Source: a candidate division WOR-3 bacterium (GTDB lineage: Bacteria > Hydrothermota > Tepidihabitantia > B3-TA06). Taken from it: a DNA stretch of 52,023 nt. The translations under genes were made by a program, and so were the position numbers. Where the stretch lies: contig CBFGKC010000017.1 in the NCBI GenBank assembly GCA_965649265.1, positions 1 to 52,023 on the forward strand. Reading direction: 5' to 3'. Shown here piece by piece: positions 28,514-37,876 of this stretch (the stretch's first letter is position 1; every line of letters starts with the position of its first letter). The notes below the pieces were generated by a model. That model searched no databases. It was not told where the DNA came from and saw only the letters and a program-made list of their open reading frames with translations.

Positions 28514-28918
28514 TCAACAAGTTGAATTGTTAACACACGACATATCCATGCCACGTCTTCCGGCCTCAAGGGTCTTGTTAAAGAGGGCATCTCCTGTAAG
28601 TCTTGAACGGTAGCTCAAATAAGTAACAAGCATAGGCAGGTTAACGCCGGCAAAGAGCTTCCATTCCTTGTTATCTGGCAAAAGCATCCTGCAGGCATTA
28701 AACGTGCTGCCGCCGACCAGATCCACAAAAATATACAAACTTCCCTTGCACCCGGCAAGTTTTTTTTCGACGAAACTGACCAGATCCTGGCCCCCAAGGT
28801 TCTCATTCGATATAGTTATCACACCTTCCTGTTTGCCCACGATGCTTTCAGCCGCCGATAAGAGTCCTTGCGGGAACAAAGCATGGCCGATTATGGCCGC
28901 ATGGTAGCTGTTATTCAT
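28514..28918 (-). CDS. PTS mannose/fructose-type IIA component
   Basis: IIGH phospho-His, FVDLVGGSTFN, GVNLPML. Confidence 0.88.
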   Translation of the reverse strand: MNNSYHAAIIGHALFPQGLLSAAESIVGKQEGVITISNENLGGQDLVSFVEKKLAGCKGSLYIFVDLVGGSTFNACRMLLPDNKEWKLFAGVNLPMLVTYLSYRSRLTGDALFNKTLEAGRRGMDMSCVNNSTC

Positions 28919-29897
28919 CGTCCTCCTCCACCTCCTTGGCGGTTTTTATCTTTCGGCGCAAGAGCTTCTTTAACTCCCTGTCAAAAAGCTGCATGGGATG
29001 ATAGCCACGCAGAACAACGAGATGGTTCATGGCTATCACCTCGCATATCATGGCGATGTTGCGTCCGGGAAGGACCGGGATGGTAAGAAGGGGGATGTTT
29101 ACTCCTAAAATCTCCCTCGTTTCTCTTTCCAGGCCCAGGCGGTCGACCGTCATCCCCTTCTCCCAGCGCTTGAGTTCAACGACGACTTCTACGCGTTTTT
29201 GAAGACGAATGGAGCGAATTCCGAATATGGAGTACAGGTTTATTATGCCGAGTCCCCTGATTTCCATGTGATGCTGGAATGCAGGACGCTGCTCGGCTCC
29301 TTCGCCGATTAAAAGGCTGCGGCGCCGCCTGATTCTGATAAGATCGTCCGCGACGAGCCTGTGCCCGCGTTCCACGAGATCGAGCGCGGTTTCACTTTTG
29401 CCTATTCCGGATTCGCCGATGATGAGGAGTCCGACGCCGTAAACGTCAACCATCGTTCCGTGCATGTGTGTCTCGGGTGCAAGACGGTTTTCTAAGTAGT
29501 CGGATACGAGGTTGATGAAATCGTTCGAGGAAAGACGGGAAACCAGCAGGGGTATGCCGGCCTTGTCGAGTTCGGCAATGAGTTCCGTAGGCGGTTCCCT
29601 GTCGTTTGTGACGACAAAACAAGGCGGCTTAAGGCCGGCCACGGCCTTGACGGCAAGCTTTCGTGCGTGCGAGTCGAACGTTTCAAGAAAAGCCATCTCG
29701 GTCGCACCCAGCACCTGAAGCCTGTCGGCCGGGAACTCGCCGGTAAAACCAGCAAGGGCGAGTCCCGGCCTGTGTATATCCATGGACGTAATCAGATTGG
29801 TTTCCATCCCTTCCTTACCTGCAAGAACACCAAGGCGCAGCTCCTGACGGCGTTCCTCAAACAGTTCGGATATGGTTATTTGCTTGAGTTCATCCAT
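28911..29897 (-). CDS. hprK: HPr kinase/phosphorylase
   Basis: HRPGLALAGF, GESGIGKSETALDLVERGHRLVADD, MEIRGLGII. Confidence 0.97.
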   Translation of the reverse strand: MDELKQITISELFEERRQELRLGVLAGKEGMETNLITSMDIHRPGLALAGFTGEFPADRLQVLGATEMAFLETFDSHARKLAVKAVAGLKPPCFVVTNDREPPTELIAELDKAGIPLLVSRLSSNDFINLVSDYLENRLAPETHMHGTMVDVYGVGLLIIGESGIGKSETALDLVERGHRLVADDLIRIRRRRSLLIGEGAEQRPAFQHHMEIRGLGIINLYSIFGIRSIRLQKRVEVVVELKRWEKGMTVDRLGLERETREILGVNIPLLTIPVLPGRNIAMICEVIAMNHLVVLRGYHPMQLFDRELKKLLRRKIKTAKEVEEDDE

Positions 29898-30226
29898 CAG
29901 GCTTCTTCAGTCTCGTTTCCTAAGGCACGCCTGGGTCTGACCTTGGCCCTGTGTTTTCCTTCAAATCTCTCCATCTGCCGAACCATTTTTTCCGTAAGAT
30001 CGTGCACGGCCTGTTCGAAGTTTGCCGCCTTAACCCTTGTGGATATCTTATCGTTTTTCAGGTGGAGGATCCCCTCTGCCCATTCAAAGTTGTTTTCACG
30101 ATAGAGTATTAGCTCGGAATCGACAATGTGGACGCTGTAACGATCCAGCTTGGATAGTTTCTTCTCGATGTAGTCTTTGAGTTCGGAAGTTATCTCCACG
30201 TGGCGTCCAGTAAGTCTTGTGGTCAT
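29897..30226 (-). CDS. hpf: ribosome hibernation factor HPF/RaiA (short form)
   Basis: TGRHVEITSELKDYIEKKLSKL; start 30226 after AAGGAGG; promoter TTGACA-16-TAATCT at 30288-30261. Confidence 0.9.
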   Translation of the reverse strand: MTTRLTGRHVEITSELKDYIEKKLSKLDRYSVHIVDSELILYRENNFEWAEGILHLKNDKISTRVKAANFEQAVHDLTEKMVRQMERFEGKHRAKVRPRRALGNETEEA

Positions 30227-30581
30227 GGCGAACCTCCTTATGTATCGTTCTCTAGAAATAAGATTAGCCAAACCTTGAGCAATGTCAAGATATATAAATG
30301 TACATGAGGTTTGGTATCCGGTTTTCCGTCGAAGTTGTCTTGGCCTCTAGGGAAAATGCCTGAAGTCGGATTTTGCCTCCAAGCATAACGATTTTTTTCC
30401 ACAAGGGGGTTGACAAATGTCGAAATTGACTACAATATAATGTAGTGAGATACCCCGGTATTGCGGTTTGAAAGATCAACCCAAATACACCAGGGTGTCG
30501 GGAATAACATAAATCAAGAGACCTGAAGATTTTCAGGATATAATGAAAAAAAGTGAGTAGAAAAACATTACCGGAGGCCTT

Positions 30582-31970
30582 GTGAAGAAAGTTCTTGTAA
30601 TATTGTTTACCCTTGTCGGTATTGGATTAGCGGCTGAACGCATGGTGCTAGGCGAGATGTTTACAAGCACCACATGCGGCCCGTGCGTCTCAGGAAACAC
30701 CACGGTTGACGGGATACTCAGTACAAGCGGCAGTTACTTGGCCGTTGTTCGATATCACGTCTGGTGGCCTTATCAACCCGGCAACGATCCTGCATATAAC
30801 TACAATAAATCTGAGAACAGCAGCAGAGTGGGGGTATACGGAATCAACAGCGTTCCTTCCTTTGTTGTTGACGGTACTGTTTCCTCATCTTGGTCGTCGG
30901 ATGTCAGTTCGCGCCATGGCGTTGAATCGCCCTTCGTCATGAAGTTGTATCGTAACTTCAGCAGCAGCGCATATAACGCGCAGCAAGGTATCGGAACGGT
31001 TATGGCTGAGATAAAGAATGAGGAGAACGCGACCTACGAATACAAGGTTTACTGCGCACTGACCGAAAGTGACTTCCAATACACAGGGCAGAATGGAGAC
31101 CCAGTTCATGATCAGGTAATGATTGACATGCTTCCCTATGCCTTTGGAACCACTCTCAAGGTTGGACCCTTGGAGACGAAACAGGTTGCATTTGATTTCG
31201 CAGTCGATGATACCATTCCGTTCCTCGAACTCTACACACTTGAACCTACCGGAGAAACTCATATTGTGGACGCAAAGAACTGCGAGTTGGTTTGCTGGTA
31301 CCAAAATGCAACAACCAAGGAGGTCTTTCAGGCAGCGAAAATAGCGGTTACGGGTTCGAAGCTGCTAACCGTTGAAAATGTGAAGCTGGTTGACGCGTCT
31401 GGAGATGGAATATTGTCACCGGATGAAGAAGTCTATGTAAATCTTAAGGTTGCCAACGGTTCTTCTTCATCTATGACGAAGGTTCACGTTTTCGTATCTG
31501 TGGACAATAAGAATGTTTCCGTCGAGAAAGGGATGGCCGAAATAGCTCAGATACCGGCCAAGGGGAGCGTTGAGCTGACGGGGCAGGAACTTGTCCTCAA
31601 GATCGGATCCTCCTACGATGGGTCGGACTTGAACGTCAGCTGCTACGCAGGATCGCTGGACGGCTCCCTTGGAAACGCCGTGCAAAAATGGGGTGGGGTA
31701 GATGAAGCGGAAAGAAATGCCGCGATGCTTTCTCTTCCGTCTGTTGCGCGCGTCGCATCCACCATAAAGCTTTCCCCCGCTGCCAACATTAAAGGAAATT
31801 GCACGGTCACGTTATTCGATCCGAGCGGTCGATCAGTTGCAACGCTTTACCGGGGGCCATCTTCCGGTTTAACAAAACTGACCTTGCCAGGTGAAGCACG
31901 TGGATTGTGCTTCATACGCATCGACACAGCGGAAAGAAATCAAACTTATAAACTGGTTCTGCTTGACTAA
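30582..31970 (+). CDS. secreted Omp28-like thioredoxin-fold protein (CGPC) with Ig domain and T9SS-type CTD
   Basis: Signal peptide; VLGEMFTSTTCGPC, VRYH, YGINSVPSFVVDG; CTD FDPSGRSVATLY..KLVLLD. Confidence 0.82.
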   Translation: MKKVLVILFTLVGIGLAAERMVLGEMFTSTTCGPCVSGNTTVDGILSTSGSYLAVVRYHVWWPYQPGNDPAYNYNKSENSSRVGVYGINSVPSFVVDGTVSSSWSSDVSSRHGVESPFVMKLYRNFSSSAYNAQQGIGTVMAEIKNEENATYEYKVYCALTESDFQYTGQNGDPVHDQVMIDMLPYAFGTTLKVGPLETKQVAFDFAVDDTIPFLELYTLEPTGETHIVDAKNCELVCWYQNATTKEVFQAAKIAVTGSKLLTVENVKLVDASGDGILSPDEEVYVNLKVANGSSSSMTKVHVFVSVDNKNVSVEKGMAEIAQIPAKGSVELTGQELVLKIGSSYDGSDLNVSCYAGSLDGSLGNAVQKWGGVDEAERNAAMLSLPSVARVASTIKLSPAANIKGNCTVTLFDPSGRSVATLYRGPSSGLTKLTLPGEARGLCFIRIDTAERNQTYKLVLLD

Positions 31971-31994
31971 GCCGAACCTAGGAGGAAGAAAAAC

Positions 31995-33359
31995 GTGAAA
32001 AGGTTCCTCATTTTAGCGGGATTGGCGCTTCTTGCGCTTCCTTTAGCCGGTTTTGCAGCCCCAAGGGTTGTTCTACTCGAAATAGGCACAGGAACATGGT
32101 GTCAGTACTGCCCGGGCGCCGCAATGGGCGCTGACGACCTTGAGGAGGCGCATCCCGAAGGTGTCGCCGTCATTGAAAACCACAACGGCGACGTCTTCGC
32201 CAATAACTACTCAAACACTCGCAATTCATTTTATGCGATAACGGGTTATCCCACGGCTATCTTCGACGGTGTCGCTAAGATTGTAGGCGGCAGTACCTCC
32301 CAATCACTGTTTCCGACATACGAAACCAACTACCAGACCCGGTCGGCAATTCCCTCGACGGTATCAATCAACATCGAAAGATCCTACAAAGCATCAACTC
32401 ACAAGGCTACCGTAAAGGCTACCGTGATCAACGAGGGTACTACCGATCTGACGGCTAAGATTCACCTCGTGGTTACCGAACTCGTGGTTCCATATCCGTG
32501 GAGGGGTTTGCCCTCCTGCGATTTCGTGAACCGTGAAATGAAGCCCGATGCGTCGGGCACTCAGGTAACAATTGATGCCGGTGATTCGACCACAGTCGAG
32601 CAGATCTTTACCATAGATCCTTCATGGCCTTCCACCACTAACGATATGACCAACTACGAGATCATATGCTTCGTGCAGGCGCCCACACAGTTCCCTTGCG
32701 AGGTTTACAACGCCGCAAAGACTACGGTGGTTCCGAACCTCAGTGCTCAGATAAAGAGCACCGAGATAAAGAGCACCGACGGCAAGCTTCACCCCGGCCA
32801 GACCTCCCAGTTCCTGGTGACCCTTCTTAACAACGGTGAAGACGCGTGGTCCAGCATGGAGGGTGTACTCTCCACCTCCGACGAAAACGTTACAATCCCG
32901 GATTCGCTTGGTGAATGGGGACCTGCGGAACCCGCTCAAGAGGTAGTCAACACCGATAATACCTTCAAGCTGAAACTCAAGGCCAGCGCCCCTGACGGTT
33001 ATCTACCTCTGCTTAATCTGAGTATTGTAGACGACATGGGTCGCACGAACGAATTGACCGGATTCCAGCCCTTTGTGCCCGGTGTCAATGAAACGGGCGT
33101 AAGCGCTTTCTCAGTCAAGCTCGCAGGCGTTGTAACCGGACGCACGATTGCAGCCATCAACGTTCCTTCAGCTGCTGACGGCAGGCTCGATCTTTTTGAC
33201 GCCTCAGGACGTCTTGTCAAGAACCTCTATGCTGGTCGTCTTTCGGCGGGCACGAACCTTCTGCCTGTTTCACTCGAAAACATCTCTACAGGCACATACT
33301 TCGTCAAGGTTAAGGCCGGATCCGAGACCGTTGTCAAGAAGCTAGTAGTGATGAATTAA
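31995..33359 (+). CDS. secreted Omp28-like protein (CQYC) with Ig domain and T9SS-type CTD
   Basis: VLLEIGTGTWCQYCP, GYPTAIFDG; CTD FDASGRLVKNLY..GTYFVKV..KKLVV. Confidence 0.85.
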   Translation: MKRFLILAGLALLALPLAGFAAPRVVLLEIGTGTWCQYCPGAAMGADDLEEAHPEGVAVIENHNGDVFANNYSNTRNSFYAITGYPTAIFDGVAKIVGGSTSQSLFPTYETNYQTRSAIPSTVSINIERSYKASTHKATVKATVINEGTTDLTAKIHLVVTELVVPYPWRGLPSCDFVNREMKPDASGTQVTIDAGDSTTVEQIFTIDPSWPSTTNDMTNYEIICFVQAPTQFPCEVYNAAKTTVVPNLSAQIKSTEIKSTDGKLHPGQTSQFLVTLLNNGEDAWSSMEGVLSTSDENVTIPDSLGEWGPAEPAQEVVNTDNTFKLKLKASAPDGYLPLLNLSIVDDMGRTNELTGFQPFVPGVNETGVSAFSVKLAGVVTGRTIAAINVPSAADGRLDLFDASGRLVKNLYAGRLSAGTNLLPVSLENISTGTYFVKVKAGSETVVKKLVVMN

Positions 33360-33404
33360 TCGTTACAATAAAGGGTTTCGTTGAATTGAGTAAACAAGAT
33401 TCTG

Positions 33405-33430
33405 AAGGGGGAACCGAAAGGTTCCCCCTT
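33405..33430 (+). terminator. intrinsic terminator
   Basis: aagggggaacc-gaaa-ggttccccctt. Confidence 0.75.
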
Positions 33431-33459
33431 ACATTTTAAATCATGGAGGAAATAACTTT

Positions 33460-34497
33460 ATGAAAAGAGGAAGTATAAGCTTGTTGATCGTGGCACTTCT
33501 GGCGCTCCCGCTGCTGGTTTTTGCGGCAACTTCTCGAACAGTGGTGGTCGAAGTTTTTACCGGAACATGGTGTCAGTACTGTCCTGGAGCGGCCAGGGGG
33601 GTCGATGATTTGGTTGAGGAACATCCTGGCAAAGTTCTTGCGATAGAATACCATGGTGGAGATGCCTTCGAGAATACGGATGGCGGAACCAGGCAGGCCT
33701 TTTACGGCAATGCGGTAGTCAGCGGGTATCCCACGGCCGTCTTTGACGGCCTCGAAGCCGTCGTCGGCGGCAGCAGCACCGGAACCATGTTCTTTTCCTA
33801 TAATGCGAAGTATGTCCCGCGCAGTCAGATTACCCCTCCCCTCACCATATCCCTCAGTAAGGCGGGCAGTTATTCTTCCGCTACGACAGGAACGTTGATT
33901 GCGATCATAAAAAACACATCCAGTGCGGAAGTCTCCGGTACTGTGCACTTTACCATGACTGAATCGCACATTCCTTACAAGTGGCAGACTCTCGATACGC
34001 TTGATTACGTCGAGCGAACCATGCTGCCGAATGCCTCGGGGGAGTCGATAACTCTTGCTCCGGGTGAACAGAAAAAGCTCACGAGATCTTTCACAATAGA
34101 TCCAAGCTGGCCCTCCTTTACGAAGGACGCCAACATAGAGTTCGGCTGCTTTGTGCAGGGCTCAAGCAGGGAGATATACCAGGCTGCGGCGTCGTCATTT
34201 AGCGAACTGCCGATAGCCGTCGAAGAGAACAACGTACCTTCCGATTTCTCGATAATGGTCCCCGGCGTTGTAAGCACGTCGAGCCCTATTGAGTTCTCTC
34301 TCAATAGCGCATCCGCCGTCAAGCTTTCCTTGTTCGATTCGACCGGCCGTCTTGTAAAGACCATTTGCAGCGGCAGATATGAAGCGGGAACGCATGCCGT
34401 CGAGCTTTCCGCCGATGGACTAGCATCGGGCGTCTACTTTGTTTCTTCGTTTATGAACGGTCAATCGGAACTTCACAAAGTTGTGGTAACGCACTAA
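33460..34497 (+). CDS. secreted Omp28-like protein (CQYC) with T9SS-type CTD
   Basis: VVVEVFTGTWCQYCP, GYPTAVFDG; CTD FDSTGRLVKTI..GVYFV. Confidence 0.85.
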   Translation: MKRGSISLLIVALLALPLLVFAATSRTVVVEVFTGTWCQYCPGAARGVDDLVEEHPGKVLAIEYHGGDAFENTDGGTRQAFYGNAVVSGYPTAVFDGLEAVVGGSSTGTMFFSYNAKYVPRSQITPPLTISLSKAGSYSSATTGTLIAIIKNTSSAEVSGTVHFTMTESHIPYKWQTLDTLDYVERTMLPNASGESITLAPGEQKKLTRSFTIDPSWPSFTKDANIEFGCFVQGSSREIYQAAASSFSELPIAVEENNVPSDFSIMVPGVVSTSSPIEFSLNSASAVKLSLFDSTGRLVKTICSGRYEAGTHAVELSADGLASGVYFVSSFMNGQSELHKVVVTH

Positions 34498-34518
34498 CTG
34501 CCACTTCAAAATGTTTTT

Positions 34519-34538
34519 AAGGGGCCGTGAGGCCCCTT
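34519..34538 (+). terminator. intrinsic terminator
   Basis: aaggggcc-gtga-ggcccctt. Confidence 0.7.
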
Positions 34539-34545
34539 ATTGTTA

Positions 34546-34574
34546 CCCCAAAAGAACACGATGTTCTTTTGGGG
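34546..34574. repeat. perfect 13-bp inverted repeat (REP-like hairpin)
   Basis: ccccaaaagaaca-cga-tgttcttttgggg. Confidence 0.7.
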
Positions 34575-34687
34575 ACCCCATTCGCACCTCTTTTCTCTCT
34601 ACCGTAAGGTGAAAAGGCTTGACAGACGGGACGCAAGGGTTGTTCTTAATAATAAATCATATTGAAAGGAGATAGAATTAAAAAACT

Positions 34688-35663
34688 ATGTTTTTTCTCT
34701 TCACCTGTGTCATGCTCGAAAACCTTAACGCGGCCGAAAGGACGGTGGTATTCGAATTGTTTCTTAGCCCATGTCTGTACTGCGTAAATGCATCAATGAG
34801 TGAATATGAGCTAGCACAAAAGTACAACGATAAATTTCTTCTTTTGGAATACGATGCCGGCGGCCCTTTAAAAAACGAATCTTCTGTAGCTCGTTCATTG
34901 GGTACAAGAACGATGAAGGACCATATGCATTACTTGACGGTGTTGAGGAACAACTAGGCGGTTTGCCGCCGCCAAACTTGCTTCCCATATACGACTCTCT
35001 ATATCAAAAAAAGAGATTCATTAGAATCACCTACAGAGATCAATCTTTATTGTAACATATCCCAGCTTGATTTAACCTCAGGAAAGCTTCAGGCTATCGT
35101 ATGCAATCCTGCTAGAGAAAAGATCGATGGGCAGGTATATTTTACTATCACTGAATCACACATCCCTTGCGAATGGTACCTGCCTCTGGATATTATGAAT
35201 TTCATCCTTCGTAAATTGCTTCCAGACACCCTTAGTTTCGATTGACCCTGGCGAAAACTATCTCGTCAAGCAGGACTTCACCATTGACACCACATGGCCT
35301 TACTTTACTAAGGTTGAGAACATACAGTTCGGCTGCTTCGTACAGGGCGCGAACAAAGAGATATACCAAGGTGCAATGTTCGATTATGCCGCAATCGCTG
35401 TTGACTCGCCAGTCGAACTGAGGATTCAGGGTATACTCTTTGAGAATGGGTTGCTTTCGCTAGGGTTGAAGAATCCAGGTAACGTTTCCGTGTTACTTTA
35501 TGACGCAAGCGGCAGAATGGTGAAGCGTATATTCTCAGGTCCACTCCCACCCGGAAATTACGATATACCATTTGATACCTACAAGCTCTCAGATGGTGCC
35601 TATTTTATGAAGGTTACTTGCGGCGACCGGACATTTGTGAAGAAACTGGTCAAACTCAATTAA
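34688..35663 (+). pseudogene. frameshifted fourth Omp28-like/T9SS-CTD paralog
   Basis: Colinear with 33460-34497 across frames: ERTVVFELFLSPCLYC / GPYALLDG / TITESHIPCEW / FTIDTTWPYFTKVENIQFGCFVQG / CTD. About three frameshifts (near 34900, 35010, 35240). Confidence 0.85.
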
Positions 35664-35762
35664 CTGAAACTTTATTTAGACTTATGCAGACGGATTTGTC
35701 GTGGTAACAGCCGTCGTGGTGTTTGCGTCTTCATAGGTAATATCAGGGGTATGTTTCGAAGT

Positions 35763-35817
35763 GGGAGGGGGTGTTGCGGGTGTTACGGGTGTTACGGGTG
35801 TTGGGGGTGTTACGGGG
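35763..35817 (+). repeat. G-rich tandem repeat, ~5 x GGGTGTT(AC)
   Basis: gggggtgttgcgggtgttacgggtgttacgggtgttgggggtgttacgggg. Confidence 0.85.
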
Positions 35818-35849
35818 AATAAACATCTCTGAGGACGGTATTACAGTTA

Positions 35850-35882
35850 AGGACTTTACAACAAGTCCTGGTTGATTATAAT
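35850..35882 (+). promoter_or_regulatory. promoter of TlpA gene with overlapping palindrome
   Basis: TTTACA-16-TATAAT; aggactt-N6-aagtcct inverted repeat spans the -35. Confidence 0.55.
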
Positions 35883-35912
35883 ATGAAAGAACAACCTCGA
35901 GGTGAATGAATT

Positions 35913-36404
35913 ATGAAGAAGATAACACTCGCTGTTCTTGCCCTTGCTCTTACCGCTGGGGCGAGTACTGTACCAAACTTTTCCGGCAAGGACCTTAACG
36001 GAAAGACCTGGAGTCTTGATTCGCTTATGGGTTCCAAGCTGACGATAATCTCCTTCTGGAGCACATCCTGTGGTCCATGCAAGGAAGAACTGGTTCTTTT
36101 AGACAGCTTGAGCAAGATCTACAAAGATTCAGGTCTTGCGGTTGTCGCCATTAACATAGACTCAAAACGCACGCTCGCCCAGGTCGCACCCATGGTGAAG
36201 AGTTACGGCTGGAAGTTCCGCGTTTTAGTCGATCCGGACGGTCAATTGATGCGGCAGTTCAAGGTGAGCCCCATACCGCACTCGTTTTACATAAAACCCG
36301 ACAAGACGCTTCTTAAGTCGGTCGTGGGTTACACGAAAAAGGATGCGACAACCATAACGCAGACCATTACAAAGGCCATTCACGGGAACTATTCCACTTC
36401 GTGA
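35913..36404 (+). CDS. TlpA/ResA-family thiol-disulfide oxidoreductase, exported
   Basis: PNFSGKDLNG, SFWSTSCGPCKEEL, cis-Pro IPHSF. Confidence 0.9.
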   Translation: MKKITLAVLALALTAGASTVPNFSGKDLNGKTWSLDSLMGSKLTIISFWSTSCGPCKEELVLLDSLSKIYKDSGLAVVAINIDSKRTLAQVAPMVKSYGWKFRVLVDPDGQLMRQFKVSPIPHSFYIKPDKTLLKSVVGYTKKDATTITQTITKAIHGNYSTS

Positions 36405-37201
36405 TGGCGTCCCCTTTAATTCGTACCCGGGGTAGGAGGAGGGGGTGGTTGTGGCTGGTTCTAGGTACAGGAATTATTCTTGTATCTGGGATCGCGGGTT
36501 GTGGTTCCCGATTCCCTGATCCGCCGAGGGGGGGGGAGTATGACAGGGTTGTTCTGCTGGAGGAGGGGACCGGAACCTGGTGCGTCAACTGCCCGCGCGC
36601 GGCAGAGAATATTGAAGAACTCCTCTCAACAATTCCGCAGGATACACCACAGGTAGTTGTCCTTGCCCTTCATTCCGCATATCCGGACACATTCGCTACG
36701 ACAGAAACGGAGGCAAGAGTCTCAAGGCTCGGGATAACGGCATTTCCAACCATTGTATTTGACGGCGTCGAGAGGGCTCTGAATGACAATACCTCTACAC
36801 TTGAAACGATGCTTGAAGATCACCGCAAGATTGGTTCGCCGGTGAAACTCGAGCTTTCGGCGTCGGTCACCTCAGACAGTGTATCTTACGATATAAACGT
36901 CACCGCCTCGTCAAAAAATCAGGGTGCAGTGGATGGTATACTCCGCATCGCACTGGTTGAGGATTCCGTTGCTTTCACCAACCAGATCTGGACGTACCTT
37001 GCTCACGTTGTAAGGCGAATTCCTGAACCGTCGTCTGCCGATTCAATCTCACTTGATCCGGGAGAGATTCTTACCTTGCACCGGAGCCTCGTGCGTGATG
37101 ATGATTGGAGTCTTCTAACAGCTGTCGCCTGGATCGAGGCCGGCGAGAACTCGGAGGTTATCCAGGCGGTCTCAGGCGAGATGATTTGGGAAACGCCTTG
37201 A
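36401..37201 (+). CDS. Omp28-family lipoprotein (CVNC)
   Basis: Lipobox IAGC; VLLEEGTGTWCVNCP, FPTIVFDG, HVVR. Confidence 0.85.
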   Translation: MMASPLIRTRGRRRGWLWLVLGTGIILVSGIAGCGSRFPDPPRGGEYDRVVLLEEGTGTWCVNCPRAAENIEELLSTIPQDTPQVVVLALHSAYPDTFATTETEARVSRLGITAFPTIVFDGVERALNDNTSTLETMLEDHRKIGSPVKLELSASVTSDSVSYDINVTASSKNQGAVDGILRIALVEDSVAFTNQIWTYLAHVVRRIPEPSSADSISLDPGEILTLHRSLVRDDDWSLLTAVAWIEAGENSEVIQAVSGEMIWETP

Positions 37202-37353
37202 TTTAAAGAACTAAGGAAGTGGGAGTAGTGGGAAGACCGCGAGATATGGCCATCTTCGGTAAGGTGTTAATCATGGATTTTGCAAAGGGACGATTTCGGA
37301 AAGTGCCCGGCGTCCTTAAGAGTGAAAACCAACAATAAACGGAGGATTAACAG

Positions 37354-37788
37354 ATGAAGAAAATGCTTGCCGCAATGGCTGTGGTAGCTGTCTTGCTCGG
37401 TCTTCAATGTGGCGAACCCGTGGATAATTTCACCATTGTTCCAGTTGGTGATACAGTAGTGACTATAGATACATCAACCGCATTTCACAACTTCGGATTT
37501 ACCTTGAAGAATAATACCGCAAAGAACCTGAAGGTAATCTTAGATATTCCCAAGGATTTACAGCAACTTCCCGAATCTTGGGGGGCGGACCCTGCAGGAA
37601 TATGCGACACAGCGCGGTGTTACCCAAAACCACTCGTTGTAGATCTAAAAGCTAATGACTCGATATTGGGTTATCACATACAAGTACTCAGGTACGACAC
37701 GTTGGATATGGAAGGCACTGCCGTCATGACGGCGACTTACGGCGATGAAGTTGACACTATGCACGCCACTTTAAAGGTTACAAAGTAA
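37354..37788 (+). CDS. hypothetical lipoprotein, Ig-like with Cx4C pair
   Basis: GGAGG RBS; signal ending LGLQC; LPESW..ICDTARCY. Confidence 0.7.
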   Translation: MKKMLAAMAVVAVLLGLQCGEPVDNFTIVPVGDTVVTIDTSTAFHNFGFTLKNNTAKNLKVILDIPKDLQQLPESWGADPAGICDTARCYPKPLVVDLKANDSILGYHIQVLRYDTLDMEGTAVMTATYGDEVDTMHATLKVTK

Positions 37789-37809
37789 TTATTCAGAGAG
37801 AATTACCAT

Positions 37810-37838
37810 GGGGCAGAGCCTCTCTGCCCCCTTTTTTT
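37810..37838 (+). terminator. intrinsic terminator
   Basis: ggggcagag-cct-ctctgcccc followed by a T tract. Confidence 0.85.
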
Positions 37839-37876
37839 ATGTTGACAAATCCGCGAGATAGGGGGATAATGCGCAC

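Noticed and set aside
34600-34645. c-di-GMP-I riboswitch-like GGGACGCAA
   Set aside because: No upstream GGCAAAC/GNRA stem; overlaps a -35 box instead
30582-37201. Selenocysteine recoding in CxxC proteins or the hydrogenase
   Set aside because: All redox and Ni-ligand positions are Cys codons; no in-frame TGA at catalytic sites
37236-37317. Two weak hairpins in the gap before the 37354 lipoprotein
   Set aside because: Short bulged stems with no recognisable riboswitch consensus
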